From: Octopus vulgaris
Lineage: Eukaryota
Assembly (NCBI GenBank): GCA_951406725.2
Contig: OX597831.1
Location: 58,404,001 to 58,468,000 of the forward strand
Direction of reading: 5' to 3'
Length of the DNA: 64,000 bases
The position numbers and the translations under genes are program-made. Numbering within the stretch: the stretch's first letter is position 1; each line of letters begins with the position of its first letter. This document shows positions 52,530 to 64,000 of this stretch, in pieces. Under the pieces are notes generated by a model, which worked only from the letters and a program-made list of their open reading frames with translations, made no database searches and was not told the DNA's origin.

Positions 52530-55500
52530 ATAACAAATTGAAATTTTCTGCCAGTACTTGGAATCTGTGGAGACAGATGAACTATTCTTAAAACAATATT
52601 TTTATGTTACTATCTCAATATTAAGATAGAACAATGGAACATACATACGTACGTACACGCGCACATACACACATACAGGCATACACATATAAAATTATGT
52701 TACACTCACACACACACATATATTGAGCAAAATTCAAATCTATCTGGTACAAAACATTTGAATCACGTGTAAAAAAAAAGTTACATTTTTCTGGAAGGAA
52801 GAAAATTAAATAAAGGAAAATATCTTTTGAACAATTTAATGAACGAACAATTAAAAAGCTAAGAAAATTGGATGTATTTAGACACGTTGTGTTGCACCTG
52901 ATTATTCTTTCTCGCTGCAGAATTAACGTATTTTGAATGCTTTGTGGTTTTCTACTTTAATAAAGGCGGTCGTATCGAAGGAAAGTATTCATACATTCGT
53001 TAAGATATAAACTCTACAATCTTGTAGCGATCCGAGCTTTGCGCGTTCATTTTGGTATACAGTTTCAGTGCAAAAGCCGATTGCGTCGACTGAAATAATT
53101 CTTGGTTACTGCACTTAATCTATCGCCTATACCTAATCTTGAGTACTTTTAACTCTGTTATAGGAATTTAGACTAGGAGTTTCATCTGTAGCATAATGGA
53201 TGCAATTACCTCACCATAAATATCGTTTTCTAACTACGCATTCATAACCATGATAATACAACGATACTGCCAATGAAACAAAACCCACACCACGTCTATT
53301 CCACCATACACTTAAGGCTATATACATGACTACGTAACTGCAACCATCCCATTGTAACCATGTCAACACAAGCATAGAGACAAAGAGAGCCATGCCACGA
53401 TAAAACTAATGTTACAATAAAGCCTCAATTGTCAGTGGTATTGTAAGATTCAAGTAAACTAGTGGTAGTTTCGTTGGTAATTATTAAAAAGAAAAAAAAT
53501 ACAAATGGAATAATCATTTTGCTCTTAGAAAGATGAGAAATGAAATGTTTTACTGACAGGGCTGAATTGCTAAACTGGAAGTTGCATTCAATCTATAATC
53601 TTTTCAATAAATAGATTGAAAGTGATTTCCAATATATTATTCCGTATTCTCAATAACGATTTCAAATTGCTGCGCCGAAGATTTCCGCACAAAACATCAC
53701 ACTTTATCACTTACGATATAACAACTTATTATATCTTACCAACTTTTCCGTACAGTAAACCAAACCTGCTTCATTTAAGGTGACAAATTGGCAGATTTAT
53801 TTGCGCATCGGACAAAATGCCTTAGGGTACTTCTTATTGCATTCAGATCCCACTTTACTTTCATTGTTCCTGAAATGATAAAATAATATTCCAGCTCAAG
53901 ACAATGGATTAGTAGAAATGTTTGAACGCAGACAAAGTGCTTGCTGGTATTTGTCCGGCTGTATGGAACAGGAATCCATCTTTGTATTTTCCAGCGGAAA
54001 TTCTCAGAGAAGCACATAATATGTCTAGGAAGTCACCTCTTGAGAGCCGTTGAAGGCGATGTAGAAAGCATTGCAATCATTATACAATGACGACTACGGT
54101 CTTTAAATTACAAATAACTGTCCCATACGTTGAACAACAACACTACTACTACTACCTACAATAACATTACTATTATAATGCCACAAAACATGAACAAAGT
54201 ACCTTATTCACAGATCTATAACGACTCTGTTGCAAATGCAATCACGCAAGAACTACAAAACTATAATACCCAATAAAACTATAATCCCCAATAAAGAACT
54301 ACAACTCCGTCAATGAAATCATACATCGTAAATTCAAATCATGAAAAAGAAGTGGGGTAGGCTTTTCTATATGCGTAAAACCAACAGCCAAATTTTCCTC
54401 AAATGACATTCGACAAGGTAGATAACATCAAAGAAAATAGTTTAGATATATTGCTTAAATTGTAAAAGACTACTGCCACTAAAGGAACACATTTAATTAT
54501 AAGTCAGACTGATCATAATCGAATACTGCAATAATGTCGTCATCGCACTGCTATCACCATGGTGCTATCACCATGGTTATATCATGATATAACACTCTTT
54601 CTGACACCAGTCACCTCATTTGTTTCCCAATTAAAAAAAAAACCCAATAGACGCTTTTTCTTTGTTTAGAGTTGACCCATGTGATTATTTCGTTTTAGCT
54701 AGCAACATTATCAAAAGATGAGTTCTTGTTCTTGTTGGTGTTGCATTTTATTTTTATTGATGATGATTACGTTCACGCTTCATTTTTTTTGTACGTTTGC
54801 TAAATTGTGACAATCTGTGTTTCTGTGTGTCACCCTGTTTAATTATATTTTTTCCTAATTAGTTTTTACATAAAAATTTATTCTTGTGTTTCCATTAATT
54901 TCTGAAGGTATCTGATGCTAGAATTTAATACATCCTTAAGTTAATTCAGCGATTAGTATATTTAACTCCAAATAAAGAAAGCAAAACGGATTTTTGCAAA
55001 TGATATACGTATAGAGTAACATGGCTAAGACAAAACCTTTTTGTTGTATTTGAGATGACGAGTTTTATCGACACCTCTATGTTGATCTAAAGTCAGAAGT
55101 TCGCTGAATTGAAATATGTTTGTCATTGATCTACTTTATAAAGTATCGCATGAGATTACATTTGTTCGGAATAGACCTACAGAGAATTGCTCATGTCTGT
55201 GCGTTACCAGCGATACTAAGTTCTTAACACTTAGCAAACTTCTTGGTTACAATCTTGAAACCAACAGTGTTATGGATTCGAAATTATCAATGACGTCACT
55301 CGTGATGACATAGTTTCACAACTTCACATAGTTTCACAATCGTATATAGTATATACAGCTTCATTATATTATGGAATAGTATTAAGTCGACCAAAATATA
55401 TGAGTGAGACCCATTCCCGCAAATCCGTACAAACATAGAGACACACACAAAACTCGAGAATCAAAAAGGAATAAAAATACATACATACTTATACATATAC

Positions 55501-55585
55501 ATATACATACATACATACACACATATGTGTGTGTGTGTGTAATCAAAAGGTGCAGAAACGACGCACTCTGAAGGAATTTGAAGGT

Positions 55586-55634
<49 letters not shown>

Positions 55635-56269
55635 TATGTTAATTTATATATATATTTCCATGGGTGCGTATAAGTATTTCATTTATTTCTTATCGTATTT
55701 TCTACTGAAGAGGGAAGAATCCATGGGATTAATCCCGGAATTGATTCAGTATGGAAATAACGAACTTTTTAAAAAACTTCTGTTAGCTAGCTTTCCTCGA
55801 TTTCAGCACACCGTGTATTTATAGCGAATGTATAATGAAATGTGGACGTTGTCGATTTAAAGTCTGTTATCAGCGTATTGGTATAGAAATATTTTTTCAT
55901 TTGCCCTTGTTTATAAGTTATATTTATACATATACACACACATACAAATATACATACAAACATATATGTATGTGTGTGTTTTTATGTATGCATGTACATA
56001 TGTGCATATCTCTGTGTGTCCGTGTGTGTGAGTGTTTATGAATGCAGGGAATGGTATCATTGTCTTACAACAAATGCGATCATAACGTTAGCCTGATTAA
56101 AAATAAACAAACTCTATTCTAGCATTATCCCAAACAAGTGAGAGGAGTCCGATTCCACTCATCTTCAGTCGATTTTCACCGTCATACTATTATTCTTCAT
56201 GTTCTTCAATAACTTCTCTACTATTTCTATCGTCTCTCACCTCTTTCATCTTCCATACAATGTTCTAAT

Positions 56270-56302
56270 TAACTACTGCTGCTACTACTACTACTACTAC
56301 TG

Positions 56303-56344
<42 letters not shown>

Positions 56345-56412
56345 ATACTGCTGCTGCTACTACTACTACTACTACTACTAGTACTACTACCACCACCACC
56401 AACACCACCACC

Positions 56413-56443
<31 letters not shown>

Positions 56444-56486
56444 TTACCACCATCACCACTACTACTACTACTACTACTACCACCAT

Positions 56487-56518
<32 letters not shown>

Positions 56519-56605
56519 TCACACCCTACACACCCCTACCACGACTACTACTACTACTACTACTACTATCACCCCTACACCCCCCTACTCCTACTACTCC
56601 TACTC

Positions 56606-56679
<74 letters not shown>

Positions 56680-56690
56680 ACTACTACTTT
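56270..56690. repeat. (ACT)n/(ACC)n/(GCT)n trinucleotide array
   Basis: Seen directly. Confidence 0.95.
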
Positions 56691-57076
56691 ATTCTCTCTT
56701 ATCCTAAGTGCTTCCCACGCAAGGTTGTTTATCATAACTATTATCATTTTTCAACGTCCTTTTGTTCAGCTAGTCATGTTGTTTTACCAGCAACTAGTCA
56801 TTGAACTCAAAGTAAGCGTTATATGTGTGTGGTCACTGGTTATATATACACACGCGCATGCACACATCCATATTCTTGCATGCTAGTGTGAATAAGGCAT
56901 TCATTTACAAGCTTAAGAAAGTACTGATTATCTCAAAAAGTAGTGAGTGCTATGTTATTTTACTTGTGTTTTGTTTGTCGTACTAATCATGTTTTGAGCG
57001 AAGATTATCGTGTTCCGTACTAGTCTTCAACAGGTGCATTTTCCGAAAAAGAAACCTATATATATATATATATATA

Positions 57077-57236
57077 TTTTTTTTTCTCTCCTTGTTTTTT
57101 CTGTGTCCCTTTCTGTAGAAGAGCGTAGGCTTGAAACGTAAAATACTTTTTCTATTCCTGAGTGTTATACTAATACATCTGTTTGTTTTGTACACCACCT
57201 GTCTTCGTCTTTCGTTTTTTTCATAAACTTTCCCTA
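57077..57236 (+). mobile_element. Family D HHR-motif repeat (5'-truncated)
   Basis: ctttctgtagaagagcgtaggcttgaaacgtaaaa; TA flanks on both sides. Confidence 0.85.
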
Positions 57237-57269
57237 TATATATAGAAATATATATATATATATTTATAT

Positions 57270-57690
57270 ATGTTAAATAAAATTAGACAACAAAACCAAT
57301 TCTGTGTGGAATTTATAGGACGTTTATAAAGAGAAAGTCTTACAGCTCTGTCTGGGATATTAGGGATATCCCTTCATTAGAGACGATATGAGATAGTTAA
57401 CTAGAGGGAAATAGTAGAATTCAGTATAATGAGTTATTTTGATAGAGGAAGTATAAAGGGAAATAAGTGTATAAAGGTAAAAATAAAAATAGACACATCC
57501 GAAATAAGTGAATAAAAATAAAAGCAAAATAGACATATCCGAAGGCGGGGTGGCCGCCACGTTGAAAACGGTAAAGGAGTAGGAGCTGAAACCGGACGTG
57601 GTTCCACCTGATGCTGTCTTTAGCCACTGGTTCCTATAAAGGAGCTGTTCAGGTAGCGAACCACGAAACGTGGTTGGAATTCCTCAGATA
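57270..57690 (-). mobile_element. Penelope-type terminal fragment with decayed HHR (57337-57384)
   Basis: GUCU-CUAAUGA-A-GGGAUAU cccua AUAUCCC-agacag-AGCU-GUA-AGAC; body homologous to 12300-12622. Confidence 0.6.
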
Positions 57691-58196
57691 CTGACTGCAG
57701 GGAAAGACTTGCTGACAATCCAGAAAGTGGGATGACAAGGCGGAGAGACGCTTGAGTGTACGACTGTTTAACAAAGGATCAAATGGGCTTGCAGCCCGAT
57801 CCGGGGTAAAGTTGCAACAAGTAAGCATGATGAACCATTCCTCCATGATACCGGAGCACGGGTGGGGATAGAATAAAGGATCAAGTATGAACAGAAAAAG
57901 GAATGGACCCGGACCAGAAATGGACAACGAGAAAAGAAGTGGTAAAGGAAAGGGAGATGAGGCGTTCAGCTGCTGCAGAAGGTGTTTTCTAGTTACATCG
58001 GGCTTAGAATTCACCGAGGGAAGGTGTGTCAGAAGAAAGTGATTCAACAGCCGGGGTTGAAAAGCCAGAAGACGTTTGACCAGAACCTCCTGGAAAGAAA
58101 CCATAGCAAGAGTCATTCTGTAGTTGAATCAGAACAGCTAAGAAAAGAGATAGGCGTGAAGAAGCCAAAGATTAAGTGGTCGAAAGCAAATCATGC
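57691..58196 (+). pseudogene. N-terminal fragment of a Hero/R2-type (RLE) retrotransposon
   Basis: Frameshifted zinc finger C..KVFSSYIGLRIHRGKVC and KPKIKWSKAN resemble Hero CGK...GLxIHQ..C and IKWPKAN motifs; cut by a SINE. Confidence 0.55.
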
Positions 58197-58683
58197 AGCG
58201 GAATTTGAACTCAGAACGTAAAGACATACGAAATACCGCTAAGCATTTCGCCCAACGTACTAATGTTTCTTATTTCTTTATTGCTCACAGGGAGTTAAAC
58301 ATAGAGGGGACAAACAAGGATAGACAAAGGGATTAAGTCGATTACATTGACCCCAGTGCGTAACTGGTACTTAATTTATCGACCCGAAAGGATGAAAGGC
58401 AAAGTCGACCTCGGTGGAATTTGAACTTAACCTAAAGACAGACAAAATACCTATTTCTTTACTACCCACGAGGGGCTAAATACAGAGAGGACAAACATGG
58501 ACAGAGAAACGGATTAAGTCGATTACATCGACCCCAGTGCGTAACTGGTACTTATTTAATCGACCCCGAAAGGAGGAAAGGCAAAGTCGACCTCGGCGGA
58601 ATTTGAACTCAGAACGTAGCGACAGACTAAAAACCGCTAAGCATTTCGCCTGGCGCTCTAACGTTTCTGCCAGCTCGCCGCCT
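58197..58683 (-). mobile_element. Dimeric SINE A plus an adjacent SINE A fragment
   Basis: Monomers 58271-58451 and 58452-58683 share the junction seen at 35649-36060. Confidence 0.9.
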
Positions 58684-59208
58684 TAGATTGCAGCCTGTAT
58701 ACTCCAGCGAGATTCTCCACTGTCCACTTATATTCACAAGTAAACTTTCTACCGAGTAACTATGGTTTGTGCTGATAATGATAACGAACATGATAATGAA
58801 CGAACATATTATCTGAACCAATTTACCTATCACTATTGTGTTCCTGGTATACAAAAACATTTAACGAATACAATAGCTGTGTATACATTCAAATTAACTA
58901 ATAAAGCTCACGACAACCATTAAACAAACTACAAAGTTAACTAATAGATAACTAGATACCCCGTAGCTTACTACGATATTTGATCTGGTACTCTTTCTTC
59001 ATTCTGTTTTTAGGTGATATATATTTCGTATTTTCTATTATTCGATCTCTATAATGTAATAATACTACCCGTTTTTTTCGTACACACTACTTATAATAAG
59101 AACAATTCTATTTCAGGTACATACTTCTTTCTCTCTCAAGCATATTTGTATATCACCTTTATTGTATTTGTATTTTTATTCAGCCTCCTATCTTATATTC
59201 CTTTACCA

Positions 59209-59576
59209 TGGAGGCGCAATGGCCCAGTGCTTAGGGCAGCGGACTCGCGGTTTCGATTCCCAGACCGGGCGTTGTGAGTGTTTATTGAGCGAAAACACCT
59301 AAAGCTCCACGAGGCTCCGGCAGGGGATGGTGGTGATCCCTGCTGTACTCTTTCACCACAACTTTCTCTCACTCTTACTTCCTGTTTCTGTTGTACCTGT
59401 ATTTCAAAGGGCCGGCCTTGTCACTCTCTGTGTCATGCTGAATATCCCCGAGAACTACGTTAAGGGTACACGTGTCTGTGGAGTGCTCAGCCACTTACAC
59501 GTTAATTTCATGAGCAGGCTGTTCCGTTGTTCGGATCGACCGGAACCCTCGTCGTCGTAACCGACGGAGTGCTTCC
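59209..59576 (+). mobile_element. tRNA-derived SINE (octopus OR2-like)
   Basis: Head shared with 13966-14289 but a different 3' half; 12-bp TSD att(c/g)ctttacca. Confidence 0.85.
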
Positions 59577-59859
59577 ATTGCTTTACCAGGATAAAACATT
59601 CGCACAAGATACTACTATTCTAAAATTATTAGATCTAATCATCTAAGTTCAAATCAAACCCCCGCTTCAATAACCCTAAATTCTGAATGATATCTCTCTT
59701 CAAATCTTAATCTTTAACAAGGGTGTGCTACCTACATATCTGTACTTAACTGCCTGAAGTTTCCTTCGTCTTGCGACTTCACATCTAGCTATCCATCTCT
59801 CTAACCTCAGGGTAATAAAACGAATACCAGTAAAATACATAATATATGTATATCTATAT

Positions 59860-60035
59860 AGGCGCAGGATTGTGGCTGTGTGGTAAGTAGCTTGTTTACC
59901 AGCCACATGGTTCTGGGTTCAGTCCCACTGCGTGGCACCTTGCGCAAGTGCCTTCTACTATAGCCTCGGGCCGACCAAAGCCTTGTGAGTGGATTTGGTA
60001 GACGGAAACTGAAAGAAGCCCGTCGTATATATGTA
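59860..60035 (+). mobile_element. SINE family B, 5' half
   Basis: Ends at the internal microsatellite. Confidence 0.85.
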
Positions 60036-61207
60036 TACGGTTCTCGCGGTTAAAATATAATGTTTGCTAGATAGACCACGTGGGTGGAATAGGGAGTGCA
60101 GAGTGCAGAGATTTACGCCTGCGCATTTTGAATTTGTTGACACTGTTAGTTGGAGTGGTTCATCTGAAGCGACAAGTTCGCTGATAGGTAAAGTTCCTTC
60201 TTTTTAGTGTTTCCAAATCCAAATTAAGAAATTTTGAGCTGACGAAAGAAATGCTGATTTTATTTGGCTAATATTGAAACGTTGACGTACTCAAACGATC
60301 TATGTACTTGTGATATTTTTCTGTATTTACCTCCAAACCTTCGTGAGCTGCCTGGAGTAAACATTATCTGAGAGAAATTTTCTTTAAGTAGTAGAAATGC
60401 TAAGAAAATTTTTTTTGGCTGCTATTTCTACTAAGTTCAGTATGTGGCAAAGTAATTTATTTTACTAAGCCCTAATTATATAATGTAATATTTTGAATTC
60501 GCCTTAAATGGTCCTTTTACATACTGAACACTTGATGAAATTGATTAATTAATTAATTTTACCCTCAATTGTTGATATATATATATATTATTACCTACAT
60601 TTCAACTTTAGTCGTTGATAACGAACCACTTAATTGACTCCAAGTTACATCCTGACCGGCCACTACCTAGGTTGGTGGCCATAAATTTCATCTCGCCCTC
60701 ACTCACTAAATAAATTCATAATACACTTCCATTTCTTTAATAGTCCTGCTTTTATTCCCATTGCAAGCCGGCATCAGCTGGCGTAAAAACGTGTTCCCAC
60801 AGCGCGCATGGATTGTTTCATTGTTTTGAAATTATAAGATCATTTGATGAATACAGTTTCTTCTTACTATAATGTAATGTACTCACTCCTCAAATAAAAA
60901 AAAGCGTAAGAAACAGCTGTAATGAACATTTAACCATTGTTTGCTATTTTTTCTTTGCTAATAATAAATCAAAGGGATTCACAAACTGTCGGACTTCCTA
61001 GAATATACCAAACGCCGTGTGATTTACACAACGCATGATTTGGACCAGCCTCTAGGCGTTAAATACTCATATCGGTGGATTTTCTCTGTGTGTATATATC
61101 AAATATCTCGCTGGATCACTTCCATACCCGGTACATTGATCCAACTAAAGGAGATGCTTACAGGTTAAAATAAACCCAACCTGGTGCCCGATTCTCTCCA
61201 GAACCCT

Positions 61208-61262
<55 letters not shown>

Positions 61263-61265
<3 letters not shown>

Positions 61266-61479
61266 AGATCGCCATGTTGATTCGCTAGCTTATGCACGCA
61301 TTTTTTTTTCTTTCCTTGTTTCTCTCCGTGTTTCTTTTCTGTGTATCTTTCTGTTGAAGAGCGTAGGCTCGAAACGTAAAAGACTTGGTTTATTTATATT
61401 CCTGAGCGCCATACTAATACAATTGTTTGTTTGTAATCCACCCGCCTTCGTCTTTTGTTTATTTTCATAAAGCTTCCCG

Positions 61480-61481
<2 letters not shown>
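61263..61481 (+). mobile_element. Family D divergent subfamily, within (TA)n
   Basis: UCUUU-CUGUUGA-A-GAGC guag GCUC-GAAAC-GUA-AAAGA; the rest of the body is clearly diverged. Confidence 0.8.
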
Positions 61482-61525
<44 letters not shown>

Positions 61526-61654
61526 GTCGCTTCTTTGCAATTTACAACCGAAAGGCAGAAGTATAGATGTCACTAAAGTGATTAAAGGGGACTAGTTAGC
61601 ATCAGCATTGCTAGAAATAAGAGTCAAAACCACTCATAGCCACCAGAAAGCACT

Positions 61655-62091
61655 TAACTTATGACTTAATGACTTGATTTGGTCATCATCTGTAGTGGAT
61701 AGTCTGCCTGATCGCTCTTTATCAAGTAGGCTACAATCTCCAGCTCGGAACCTTGCGAACGATAAAGAAACATCACCGTAAACTGCGCATATTTCTTTGG
61801 TTGCTTGTGAGCTATTTTTCCCTTTACAGAAAAAGAAAAGCATCAAGTGCCGAAAATGAACTTTCTTATCTTCCATTTTAAAGGGTTACAGGATTAACAC
61901 AGGTTATAGGAACATAAACCTTCTTCCATGAAAAGTAAAGAAATAAATAAACCTTCTTCCATGAAAAGATAGCTTATACCGTGCTCTAAATGGAGGTGTG
62001 GTCATATCCTATTTTATGGACTCAACCATGTTCTAAAATAAGTCGGAATATAAGCTGCTATAAATCGGCCCGACCTTTCCGTACAACCTAA
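61655..62091 (-). mobile_element. Mariner (DD34D-type) 5' remnant with TIR
   Basis: MEDKKVHFRHLMLFFFCKGKNSSQATKEICAVYG..FARFRAGD.SL.DKERSGR; TIR-like ttaggttgtacggaaaggtcgggccgattt. Confidence 0.85.
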
Positions 62092-62214
62092 CCTTTCACG
62101 ATACGAATTACACATCACTACGGTCCTCCAAACCTACCGGTGGAACTTGGTGTGATTCTTTATTTATATAGCTGATATGGGTACGACCTTTTGGTTCTGT
62201 CCATTGATGGCTTT

Positions 62215-62620
62215 ACTCTTTTGCTCTTTTACTTGTTTCAGTCATGTGACTGTGGCCATGCAGCAGCACTGCCTTTAGTCGAGCAAATCGATCCCATGAC
62301 TTATTATAAGCATAGTACTTATTCTATCGGTCTCTTTTGCCGAACCGCTAATTTACAGCGGACGTAAACACACCATCATCGGTTGTCAAGCGATGTTGGG
62401 GGGGACAAGCACAGACACAAACATATATACACACATGCCAATATGTAAATATACATATATACGACGGGCTTCTTTCAGTTTCCCTCTACCAAATCCACTC
62501 ACAAGGCTTTGGTCGACCCGAGGCTATAGTAGAAGACACTTGCCCAAAGTGCCACGTAGTGAGACTGAACCCTGAACCATGTGATTGTTAAGCAAGCTAC
62601 TTACCACACAGCCACTCCTT
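62215..62620 (-). mobile_element. SINE family B, near full-length
   Basis: Reverse complement of family B. Confidence 0.9.
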
Positions 62621-63744
62621 CTTTGCAATGTCTGCTGGCTGTTATGTTTGTGCTTCTTCATTAGCTGTGTTATTTCCCGAATGTTTTTATCACTAACTAG
62701 TTTTTGTGGGGTTCGTAGTGATTTGGTTGTTTGTTTTGTCGCTTGTGATTTGCTTTGTCGTTTCTATTTTTACTGTTTCATGTTGAACTTGGCTTATACC
62801 ATTACGATTTATTTATTTGCTCATTTATATGCAAATCCAGAGAAGAATTATTTATGGGTTTGCCAAAGACATGTGTATGTAAATGTGTGTGTATCTTTGT
62901 TCAATTCTTTTTTTTCTTCTTAGAAGTAGATTGTGTGGTTAGAAATTCGTATTGAGAACTGTTTAACACTGTATTTCATGCGTGTTGCTATTAAAGTTCA
63001 TAGTTACGTGCCTTTTTTATGGGGACTTTTTTATGTCTCTATGCTCGTTTATGTGTGTGTGTGTGTGTGTGTGTTTGAATTGCGAATTTTGTTTGGTTCA
63101 GACCAAAGGAGCTTTAAACTTTGTGGTGTGTGTATATTTTATTCATATGGTCTCTTGTAGCAACTATTTATAACTGGATAATACTCTTAATATATTTCCA
63201 TTTGTTTGTAGGTGTGTATATGTGTCTGTTTTTTCTATTTGGTCAAGCCTTTTTATATGTATGTGCGTGTGTGTGTGTATGTGTGTGTATGTGTGTGTGT
63301 GTGTGTATTTGTGTGATGTATTGTAATTTTAATTTCAGATGGCATTTTGTGGCTCGTTTCTTGGGGATGCAAATGTTACTTCTGTGACGCGTTTGAGCTG
63401 TTGTTGCATCTGCGCCGTTTTTAAAGGTTGCTTGCATTTTAGTCCATTTCTTGAAGATGAATTTGTTTTGGCGTCTGCTGTGTGGTATGGACTGATTTCT
63501 CTTATTTAGCGTGTAACCTGTATGCCTTACAAAGAAATTCTACATAATCACACAAAACTTACACTCACTCAAACCATGAATGCAGCAAAGCGAAAATCCG
63601 GTGGCTTTTGAAAGGCTACGCATAGATGAATAAAATATTGCTAATCAAATGGCTAGCTGTCTGTTTTGGTGCTCGGCTAGAATATTAAAATTCTAATATT
63701 CCGAGCTATTAATCTCGGTACGTTTGAAATAGTGTAGTGTGCAA

Positions 63745-64000
<256 letters not shown>

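Noticed and set aside
57649-58116. 155-aa minus-strand ORF with a Cys/His-like patch
   Set aside because: Better explained as the antisense of the plus-strand Hero-like fragment.

Overview
AT-rich, microsatellite-dense animal DNA (intergenic or intronic) with a 100-N gap at 47967-48066 and no host protein-coding gene I can support. The SINE repertoire resembles the octopus OR1/OR2/OK families as I recall them, so a cephalopod origin is an inference. The window is a mosaic of tRNA-derived SINEs, decayed L1/Tx1-like, Penelope-like, Hero/RLE, RTE and CR1-like retroelements, Tc1/mariner remnants, a Merlin-like MITE and a fold-back element. The most notable signal is about 16 minimal type-I hammerhead ribozyme (HHR) motifs from several distinct short elements, most of them next to (TA)n. 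They include a 305-nt tandem pair that looks retrozyme-like and an 8-copy family with a fixed non-canonical core (CUGUNGA). The main SINE also shares its 3' tail with the Tx1-like LINE in the same window. All calls are by eye; most ORF-track ORFs are microsatellite artefacts.
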